Source of the DNA: Orbicella franksi
Taxonomy: Eukaryota
Assembly: GCA_964199315.1 (NCBI GenBank)
Contig: OZ116703.1
Coordinates: 31,062,001-31,126,000 of the forward strand
Length of the DNA: 64,000 nt
Reading direction: 5' to 3'
The notes beneath the pieces are model-generated. The model was not told the origin of the DNA, ran no database searches, and saw only the letters and a list, made by a program, of their open reading frames with translations. This document shows positions 36,443 through 54,457 of this stretch, in pieces (the stretch's first letter is position 1; every line of letters begins with the position of its first letter). Both the position numbers and the translations under genes were made by a program.

Positions 36443-36998
36443 ATCCATGTGTTTATTCTTGAGTGCTTTCCACTTACAAGTGTTAACCGTTGTTGCTCAC
36501 ATTATTGTTTAACCTTAGAAACGTCTTTTCGATTGACAATAGAGTGTGGAGTTTTTTCCCTCGGTTAAGTTCATTTCTAGGTGCTAGAGACACTTTCTAT
36601 GTTATACGTGTCAACCAGAGTTTTACGAGGATTTTGCTAAGTTTTTGATGATGGAAACAACAAAACGTTTCACTGGCCCATGCTTTCAAGTTTTGCTTTA
36701 ACTTTCTTTTTTTTTTATAGTTACGGGTGTCAGTGATATCCACTTACGTCCCAAATAAACTCATTTCTCTTCTCGGCTCTAAAGTTTCTTGTACTCCACG
36801 AGAATTCATTCTTTATTTGGTACTGTAGTTCATCTGAAGAGCCACCTATTTTTGTATTCATTCATTACGTTTCTCTCGCTTGAGTCCGAGATAAAGCTAA
36901 GTCGTTTATTGTTTTTTCGCCAAGTTGTACTGTTGTCGTCTTTCCTTGCGTGGCACTTTTAAAGTGCAAAACTATTTATGTGTACAAATTGTTTGTGA

Positions 36999-37004
36999 AA
37001 TAAA
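36999..37004 (+). terminator. Probable polyadenylation signal of the dynein gene
   Basis: AATAAA about 560 bp after the stop codon, followed by T/GT-rich sequence. An alternative AATAAA lies at 36754-36759. Confidence 0.45.
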
Positions 37005-37108
37005 AAAGAGTCTTATGTAAATCTTTGTCGTCTTGTTAGCTTACATCGGTAGCCTAGCTGTCATTGTTTTCAGAAAAGTCAGAAGTCTGTAGCCTGAATT
37101 ACAATTGT

Positions 37109-37810
37109 CTACTCAAGTTTCGCACTTGTACTGTCGTCTTTTTGGGAGAGCGCGACTCGCGCAGACAGGTGAAACTCAGGCCAGAAACTCTGAAGAAAGA
37201 ATGTAACTGTTTCGACTCCCGTAGTTTTACTGACGTGAATATTTGGAAATCGATCGTCAAAATAAGGATAACGTTCCAATAAGTGTTTCTGGTAATAAAA
37301 GTGGTCAATGACTCTTGCACTGTGCGGTTTTCGGTGGAAGCTGACATCTCAGGTGACGATCGGAGAGTTTGCTCCGAAGGATCTAATCGCTGTTTTTTTT
37401 GTGTTTTTCTTTCTTTTTTTTTTCTATCCAATCCGCTGGACATGCATTCCACTTCGTTTCCTTTAATTAGCCACCTCAAACTCAAATTACTGACCACCTA
37501 CCACAGATCGCTTTGGTACGTGACAAAAAGCTCGTCTCGTACTTAACTTTGTTTTCAAGTGTGCTCTTTTGAGAAAAAGAGAAGTGAACGGCTGTAACTT
37601 GTACGTCACTGAGTAGCATTTTTCCTGGAATATTTACCTTGTGTTATCGGGTCCCCCATTAGTTATGCCGGGAATGTTTGGTTCAATGCAAACTTTAGCT
37701 ACTGTTTTCCCCGTGCAAAAAAATTCCAGACCATTGGCTTGAAAACCGGACCTGAAAAAGCCTGAAATGATCCCTCCATTTCGTCTGAAACCAACTTCTT
37801 CAGCTGCCAT
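37109..37810 (-). CDS. Candidate small 3-exon orphan gene or spliced lncRNA (105 aa if coding), convergent with dynein
   Basis: Exons 37810-37638 (ttaATGGCA...ACAAG|gtaaat), 37565-37502 (cttctctttttctcaaaag|AGCAC...GTG|gtaggt) and 37189-37109 (ttctttcttcag|AGT...TAG) join in frame. No recognisable homology. Confidence 0.25.
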
Positions 37811-38555
37811 TAAGGTCAACATGATAGCCCTTATCCGTGATGACCTCAGACAAGTAGATTTCACTACCAACCCTCGCTTTTAAATTGTAAATTGCAAATT
37901 TCATCGTGGGAAAATTCCCAAAGCAGCAAGGATGAAAAGAATATCTTCGTGAAAACAGCACGAAGATGCCAGAGGCTTGAGAAAATTTCTCGCAAACGGT
38001 GTCTTGGTGGTGAATGTTCAGCATGTGACATAATCATGCATACGGCTTATTCTCTCCCTTATACGTGAGACATGCAAGGGTGAAAGTTATGTGAATTTAT
38101 CCCGGGGCCCCGGGGAATTAAGTTAGGTATCTTCAGTTTTCCCTTTTGGGGAGGTGATTTTCTTTAGCTCCTTTTGCTTTTTTTAAAATTTGCATTTCCT
38201 GAATGTATTTTCTATTTAACCAATCTTCTACAATGCCGGAGACTGACGCGTGACGCTCCTCAATTAATGAGGGATGGAATTTATCACTGATAACGAACAT
38301 GGAAAATAGAACGTGAGCTTAGGATGTACTAGTAACTACGACAGAAAAGAACTGTGCGAGTCACTAATACTGTGACATGAAATAGCCACAATAGCTGTCA
38401 GTCCTCCCAGCTGCAGTTTTGTATGTGTATCATGTGAGCTAAAATAGCATGTTCAGGTCTGATCTGACTCAGAAGATCGAGATTTCACGCAGTGAAGGTA
38501 GAGTGCGCGGGTTTGCATAAACTTTGGAATTGCAATAAAAATAAAAATAAATAAC

Positions 38556-38767
38556 TTAATTTTAAGTGTCAAATATATTTAGCACTGTTGTGCTAATAGG
38601 GGACTGTAATTGAATAAACAAATATTGCAAATAGAACATAAACTATTAAGAATCCCAACTGGTGGGAGGCTGAGCAGTTGGCTATTTACACAGCGCGGTC
38701 GAGGATTTGAACTAGACACCTCCATATTTCAAATCCAGCGTCCTAGACTACTCGGCCAAGCCACCTC
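38556..38767 (-). mobile_element. tRNA-derived SINE, truncated (FOXK upstream region)
   Basis: caactgg.gggaggc...agttggctatttaca...gaggatttgaact shared with 54990-55152; A-box-like ggccgagtagtctagg on the minus strand. Confidence 0.7.
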
Positions 38768-38937
38768 GTCCTTAGCTTTCCCTGATTTTCCCCCATGCTT
38801 GAATCAAACTACAAAAACACACGAATCATTTTCTACTTTTGTTAAATTAGTGACGCAACTCAACAATTACGTAAAAGTTGCTGCAAGTTGGAAAGACCTT
38901 CACAATCACAAGACCCTTGCAAAAACTACGCAAATAG

Positions 38938-46750
<7,813 letters not shown>

Positions 46751-48317
46751 CCTTCAAAGATTTTCCTTCTACTGAAGTTGACTGTTTTCTTGTGGCAATA
46801 ATATTGTAGTACACAGTTTGTAGTTGTAACAGCACTGAGTGTGGTTGACACTGGCATACCGGTAGTGGCAGGCTGATCAAGGTGAGGTGTTTGAAACATC
46901 AACATAGGTTTGACTGGAATCAGTGGATCACTTATTCACCAGAATACTTTGAACTGATTGTTATCAATAAGTCACACTTGGGCTATGGACGCGAAGAGAA
47001 AAATACACCAACAGCTAAGACACAGGATAGATTTGCCAGATATGTGGCCCATTTAATAATCAAGTTGGTTGTCAAATCTGATGAACAGTGCACATCGCAT
47101 GGAGAACTAACTGTTTAGAGGGAAAAAAAAGAGAAAAGAGAAACGTACATTTTGACTGGCAAATTGGCTTATCAATTCAGTGCTGCTCAAAGAAGAGGCT
47201 GTCAGTTAACAGAACAGAATGAAACATTTCCACACAAATTCAAAGACTCAAGGATTGGACAATTTGGTACATGTTGCTCATGCATTCAATGGTACCGATG
47301 AAACTATGTGATGGTGCAGGTGATGTTTGTTGCTAAGTAGGCTGGAACTACACTACATGGAAAATCTGACATTGTTACTATTAATAGCTATACAAGTATA
47401 TTAGATGAGACACGGATGATAATGCATTTAGCTGCCGTAATGTGTTGTGGACAGTGTATTAATATTGTGGTTTTAGTGTGCATTATTTTTGGGGGTGCAA
47501 ATGGTCAGTATAACGTACATTATCCCTTGAAATTATAAGGGACAATGCAAAGTGGTTGAACATGATCATTTCAAATAGAAATGAATCAATATTTTAATTG
47601 TCACAAACTGGGATTTGTTATTAACCAGATAGCAAACCAATTAAAAGGCCTTTGCAGGAGCTTGCTGTCTGTTTAAAACTGATGATACCATTTTAGGGAA
47701 AATATGTGTTAGTGTTGTACTAGGTTTCACTGACATTCCTACATGGTTGGTGAGTTGAGGAGTGAAGTGGTCACCTTTTCACCAGAGTGCTTCTAAAATG
47801 CTAAGCGCTAAGTGACAGTAGCTGAACCTGGACTTACTTGTGATTTCTGATGTGGGATGTATTCTTTTTGTGAAATGAAAATTGTATGGAAGAAAAGAAA
47901 CTCGGACATCAGACCAAGATAGAATTATACAAGAAAACAAAAATAATGTTTAATTTATGACTTACAGCAATTATGTAGATGTTCAGAACACTTGCTCGAT
48001 TCACTTTTTCTTTAAAAAGTAGGTAATTATGGTTAAAGTGACACAAGAAGTACTTGTTTCCCATGGAAAAAATTCTGAGCAGGTAGTTGTTGTCATAATT
48101 TATCTGCCCTTAGTACAATCCATTGAAATTATGTGATGTTAGCACAATGTTTTTTGTGCAGATTTAAAAGTGTTAATGCTTTGATTTGATTTGACTTTGA
48201 TGCATTGAGTGTGCAAAGGCCAACTAGTTGATAGGGCAAACCACAGGAAAATTAACAGTACAGTTTGTATTTCATTCATCTCACATGATTGATTTCCCTC
48301 ACAAAACAGCATTTTGT

Positions 48318-48501
48318 CCTTCCAGGAAATATCCACACCTAGTTAGAAGGTCTGAAAAGTCACAATTAATTAGAGAAAGTATGAAGCTGAACTGGAAATT
48401 CCAGATGGGTGGGGTTGGGGGTTCAAACCAGTAACCTTCTGTGCCATAACTGAAGTTACCCCAGAACAGTTTTGTGTAGGGGTGTGGATATTTCTGGAAG
48501 G
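48318..48501. mobile_element. About 185-bp MITE downstream of FOXK
   Basis: TIRs ccttccaggaaatatccacacc / ggtgtggatatttctggaagg. Confidence 0.75.
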
Positions 48502-50271
48502 TGCATTCCACAAGTAATGCTAGTGTTCACGCTTACTGATCCACACTGCAACCTTGTCATAAAAATACAATAATTTTGACGTTTTAGGGGGTCATTTTGA
48601 CTCGTCCATGAAACTTAAAAATACCACAGGTGCAATCATTAGACCAGCTACATATCTAACTGTGAAATTGTAGATTTGTTGTAGTAATTATCTTGTCTCC
48701 AATAATTTGTATTTTCTGTTCTCCGGGAAGGGGGCAGGGTGAAATAATCTCTGAAAAGTGATGGGGGTGCTCATCAGATTAAAAAGAATATAAGATATTA
48801 GAGTACATTTCTGTGGCATGGTTGAAGCTACCTCAGAGCGATTATTTCAAGATCTATTACTAATTAATGAAAATCATCTACAGTACCACAGTATATAGGA
48901 AAAACACAACAATTTTTAACTTCTATAAGTATGACTAGCACCCCCATCATTGCAATACCCCCCACCCCCCACCCCCACAATTCCCTCCCAAGACTTGTTT
49001 CTTTGTCAGAAACATTCAATTCAATCTTATTTTCCTAAAATCTTAGTAACTTATTGGCAAAGCTGTTGACCAAAGTTGTTTTCTTTTGTGGGATGCAAAA
49101 GAGATTATCCTTCATGGCTTACTAGGCCTTAAATGGTTGAGTAATAAATTATTAAGCTTGGTCTGTCTGGAAGAGTTATTTGTGGAGTATGACCATATTG
49201 AACATTAAAATGAACCTTTTGAAGGTTAAAATTACCTGCAGAAAATAATTGTTTTAACTTTTTAATTAATGTGAACACTTAACGCTTCATTGGGTGCTTC
49301 TTAACCTGAAACATAAGTCACCTCCCGCCCTCCAAGCTAGGTGCCTCAAATTGAATACTCGAATGTGTTTCACTTGAGATCCTTACACTTCATAGTTGCC
49401 TGGAAACAAGTACCATGAGGCAACTTCTCGAGCCCTAGGCCTCCTCAACACGCCCCCGACGTCGTATTTAAACATTGCTGGATTTTCTTTACGGTTTGAT
49501 TCAAATCCAACTATTGTCCAGAATGTGAAAAACCATAACAAAATGTCCAAAAAGTCAATTTCAACACTATTTTTGGTTTGACCCTTGATTATTATGATCA
49601 GCTGTGAAGTTGCTAGGCACATTTCCGTCTCGTGGTAGAAATTCTGAGGAAAACGAAGTTTAAAACGACGCACTCGAGCACTGTTCGTCCGTTCAAATGT
49701 GCTAGGCTTGGTAAGGAGGTTTTTGAGGGTTGCAGCATGTCATTGCTGATGAAGCAGTTATACCTCCTTTGTCTCTGTATCGTGCATTTGTGGTGAATTG
49801 TGTTGCGTTTCTGTAAAAGTTGTGCAGTTATTTGTCCTGAAATAGAAAACGAACCGTAATGTTAGCCTCTTCCAAAAAGGAATAGGACCAAGTTCGTAAA
49901 TGTTGTTGAAATATTCAAGGAAGTCTTTTTACACATGCACCCTTGTAGACAGGGCTCGGCGCTTTAAATTGTGCTATATTTCTGATGTTTGTGTTCAAAT
50001 TGCGGAGGTTTCGCAACCAGTTTGCACCATTCAAGTTCGTTCCGAGATCTCGACCGAGTCATCTGGGACCTCGGGCTAGAAATTGTTATCACTCTCAAGG
50101 TAACTCACTGAGAACTGGTAGTTAAGTTGGAGTCTGGTAGACTTTGTTACTAACTATCGCAGTTTATTTTTTAAAAAACTTACGGTTTACATCAAGATAC
50201 ATTAAGATGAAGTAGACAGCGAACTCGGTCGACCTCAAAATAGTGTGATGCGAACTCCGTCCGCGCAAACT

Positions 50272-51111
50272 TCATTGTTCTTCATTGGGTGCACCTGAAG
50301 ACCTTTCAGCAAGACCTCTAGCTACCTTGTGTTCATAACATAATGCAGCTAAATGAAGACACTTCCTGCACAGGAGGCAATCCAGTGCAGTGAGAAACTG
50401 TAAGGTAGCAAACAATATATAGACTTACTTTTTATGAGTTGTTATAAGATTTGTTGGGTTGCTGTTTCCATCGAGGGAAGTTGAGTCCGGGGTCGAAGTT
50501 GAGGGAAGTTGACTCGCCTGTGTATCGGGGCCAGCGATTGCTGGTTCATCGACAGCTGACTGATCCGAAGACTTCTCCGACATTGAGGTCTGTGTCCCTT
50601 TACAATAAGAATTTTTTTTACCTATTTAATGATTTAGAGTTCGAAATACATGAGAAAAATAACAACGCCGCCTCAACTCGCACCTTCACCTTCCGCACTT
50701 TGCTTGATCACATGTTTTCGCGGGTTGGAGGCTTTTCGCCTCCTGTGAAAATTCGAACTTGGAAGAGCACTTGAAACCTCTATAGGTGATCTACAAACAA
50801 ACGACAGAACAATTTGATAAACAGTATTTAGCACCCTTAAAGTAAACAAGTCAGCAAGGGCACATACACATAACTTACGTTCTACGAACTTCCTGTGACA
50901 ACAAATACTCCGCGAACGCACTGTCACTACGCGCTTCAAACCCTGCGATGAATTTCACCTGAAGCCACGATTGAAATATATTCTTTTCTAGGTAGATGCG
51001 TTTGTGGCATCTATGCCACTCCTTCCTAGCCTCTTTTCCATCGACAAACTTTCGCTTTCTACCTGAGTTTTGCCTTCTCCCTCCATGGCCGCTTCCAGTG
51101 GTCGACGCCAT
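50272..51111 (-). CDS. Uncharacterised spliced gene (about 198-200 aa): basic GGRRQNSGRKRK N-terminus, conserved-looking W..K...SD..FA..LL segment, S/T/P-rich tail; possibly transposon-derived
   Basis: Start context caacATGGCG. Exons 51111-50879 (|gtaagt), 50790-50690 or 50684 (tttgtttgtag|), 50597-50429 (|gtaagt) and 50365-50272 join in frame. Exons 1-3 are well supported; the 3' structure is ambiguous, with a further donor at 50183 and acceptor at 49837. Confidence 0.6.
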
Positions 51112-51411
51112 GTTGAATTTGGCGAGCCAAACTTGAAATCTTTTGCCCGAACATTTCAAGTGTACGCATGCGTATACAATGATGTTAGTCAATTTCGTTC
51201 CCAGAGCCTGTTGGACGCGTTGTAAAGTGCACAACACGACGAATTCATTTGTGTAGATCTAACCTACAAAATATGAAAAATTGGAAACAACTCTTGAAAC
51301 TATACGAATCGTCGTCTGTTTCATCCAGTTGAAAGCTATATAGACTTTTTGCTTACTAACTGAGCAGCTTATGCTAAGTGTCCCATGCCACTAAGCTGTG
51401 CTCGGTGATGT

Positions 51412-51884
51412 GGGGTGGGGGGGGGGGGGTACTCTGTAAATCTTTGGGTTGGGGAAAGTCGCTGGGACACCGAAACCCTTACCCTATACTAGACCATGAA
51501 TAGCTTGATTCTTCAACCCTATTCTATGCTAAGCACCAAAAACCCTACTCTATCTCAGAGTAGCTATTTTAAACTTCATCACTATTGTAGTATAACATAC
51601 ACCAAATAAACTCCTATCATACAAATTGAAAGTCACTCTGAGTTTTGATTGCTAATATAGAACCCCCAGTGAAGAACCTGTTTTAGACTAAATTATTTAT
51701 TCACTGGCCACTTTCTTGATAAATAAATTATATACCCTATTCTAGACCAGAACTCTCTGAATTCTATACCCTCTCCCAGACTAAACCGGCTGAAAACTAT
51801 ACCCTTCACAGTGGCACATACGTTTAGCTATATCAGGAGCCCATGGGCTCCCGGCTATATATCTTATATATGGGAGTACTCCCC
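51412..51884 (+). mobile_element. Same MITE family, copy 2
   Basis: ggggggtact...gggagtactcccc termini; internal accctattct/atac repeats. Confidence 0.7.
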
Positions 51885-53208
51885 TTAACGGAGGGGGAGG
51901 GGGTGGTTAGGGCTGCACCATCTGTGAAATCACTGTTCAGAAAAACTAGTTGGTGATGGTGAATTTCCCCGAGACTGCTTTCCTTTTGATTAGCACCTGA
52001 CCAATATTAGTATCACAGCCTATGAAGATAATGCTTTCTGTTGTTGATTGTCAGCCATTTTGTCAGTACTCCCATGTGAAAGGATATGCATGGAGAAGGG
52101 CATGCTCCTCGCTTTTGGGGGTATAAATTGCAAATTACACTTGGTCATTCAGGTAGCAGTTACGGATGTATGCAGGGACATGAAAAAAAACTCTAAACAA
52201 AGCAAACAAACAAGCTTAAGAAATCCGCTCTGCCAAAAATACTTTTCCCACCTCAAGTTTACAGCATGTCTACATCAAATCACAATGCGACAAGCACTTT
52301 AAAATGGAAAACACGTTATTACAGAGTTTTGGGAATTAAAGGTGTTTGTGCAAAATTACCCTGTCCTCAGTCCATGGGGATGATCAAAAAAGTGGGCAGG
52401 CAAGGATCTGGGAGAGAAAAGGAAAAGGCACTGAAAACCTGCCTGATTTTCAATCTTTCACACTGATGGGGAGCCTGGAAGTTAAAGCTTATTCAGTTAA
52501 GCATAACACCCACTACAGGGTTCTGGGGAAGCTGCACAAACTTTCCAGGGTTGAGAGCGGACTGGGCTGATCAAAACAGTTTATTTATCAGGCAGGTTTT
52601 TTCAACTTTGTTAATACAATTTAATTTCACTCCTATAAAATCATTATTTGTAATGTTATAATGCAACGGCTACGGTCAAATCTGCTGTAAACTTAGCTCT
52701 ACCCAATATAAAAATATCAAAGCAAAACTTAAGGTTAAAATAAACTTCACAGGCCTCAGAGGAGACAAACGGGCTCTGTTTGTAACTAATGTAAACTACG
52801 TTTTAGTGAGAATTAAATCATATTATATCATATATCATTGACGAGTGCAATTTTGAGTGAATTTGAATATTTGAGCAATGCAGAGGATTTGTATAGAAAA
52901 TGTCACAAGAGTGTCTTGGTCTTTGGTAACTTTTTCCATACAAATCTGTAGTAAGAATTCAATAGTAGATCACATGACCCACAGGGCCTGCTGTACAATG
53001 TAATTACTTGAATAAGTGCTGCTCTTGAGTAACATCCACTCAAGACAGTAAAAATATGTTAAGTTTATAAGGAAACAAAGGTAGTTCTTATTCCAAGAAG
53101 CTGATGCCATATTGCAGATGGAAAATGTAATAGCAACATTTTAAGCTGAGCTTTTATCAGTGTTGCCAACAAAATATGAATTTTGTTTGATTGAATAGTG
53201 TTTCTTAA

Positions 53209-53823
53209 ATTAGGTCACTCCAAAAAGCTTACTTTTTTGTCTTCACCTATTGCAAGTTAAAACATTGGGTTTTTCGAGTCACCAAAGTTTCAGCCTCTAA
53301 AGTGCCTGCTATTTTGAAGAAACTCATCACAGCAGAAGCCCAAAATTTGACTTTGGAGGCCAGGCCGTGTTTATGTGGTGTCATTCCGTCTGACTCAAAA
53401 TTGGCGGGAAGGAGAAAAACCTGTAACTGATTTTGCATCCTTCACAAGGTCAATAAAATGTATTTTTTTCCAAGTGATTATCTACTTCACTATCTTCATT
53501 GCTGTCATTTTCGCAGTTTGGAGCATGTTTGGCTCAAAATAATACAACTCAAGAGTAACCATAACCAAGAATGGTAGTTAAAAGACTTGTCGGAAGACAT
53601 TTGGACAAAATCTCTTGGACTGAATGCATCACAAAAACACAGCATGGCTGCTGAGTACGGTTCAAAATGGTGGCAATGATGTTGAATTTTGGGCTTCTTT
53701 GGAGATGAATTTCATAAGGAAAACCTGCACTTCAGAGGCTGAAATTTCAGTGAGTGGCTAAACTTAGTGTGAGGTTTTTATTAGCGTTAACAAAAAATAT
53801 GTTTTTTGGAGTGACCTTCTCCT
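53209..53823. mobile_element. Kolobok-like non-autonomous element, about 615 bp, TTAA flanks
   Basis: ttaa|attaggtcactccaaaaa...tttttggagtgaccttctcct|ttaa; the right end reads TTAA-AGGAG on the minus strand. Confidence 0.72.
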
Positions 53824-54457
53824 TTAATAAGTTCTTGTTAAGTGCCACCTTCAAATAAGGGTCACGTCAAAATGTTGCGGTGCTCTTTCAGGTCCGATGT
53901 AAGGTATTTGATGGCACAAGGATTGGTAAATTCATTTTGTCGATTTCAATTGCCTCCAGTGAGTCCTATGATGCTTCCACTGAATTTTATTAACGCGTAT
54001 GTATGATTTCCCTTAAAGCCTTCCCAGGAATAACAGTTCAATTAAGTACAAGAATAGTCCAATCTAAGCTAACACAATCAGAACATTATTTAAAAAAGCC
54101 CAGCAGTAAATCTCTGTAACAATATGAAGAAATCAACAGTAAAACTATAAATGTCCTGGAATGTATATGTGTGGTTAAAAACCACCATGTAACTCTGTTT
54201 GCCTTGACTGTGTAGTGCTATAAAACTGCAATAATATTTAAACTTCTACTGCTTAGCAGTAATGCAAGATTTTCAAGTTAACTTTGCAGAAATCTCTAAA
54301 AATTATAATTTTTTTTTCTTGCATTCATGTATGAAAAAAGTAAGTGTATAACTTTGAGAGTTTTAATAGAAAATGACCGTAAAAGATTTCAATGTTAAGA
54401 TTAAAATGTCTCATTAAATGCTTCCTGAGAGACTTGCCACATTAATAATTATAAGAT

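Noticed and set aside
37760-37805. Hammerhead-like CTGAAGA...GAAA on the minus strand (and other CTGATGA hits, e.g. 26124-26130)
   Set aside because: Stems I and II do not pair. No intact hammerhead was found by eye; an Infernal search would be decisive.
38102-38115. 14-bp perfect palindrome cccggggccccggg
   Set aside because: An isolated motif with no TSD or context; probably a remnant of a G/C-ended MITE.
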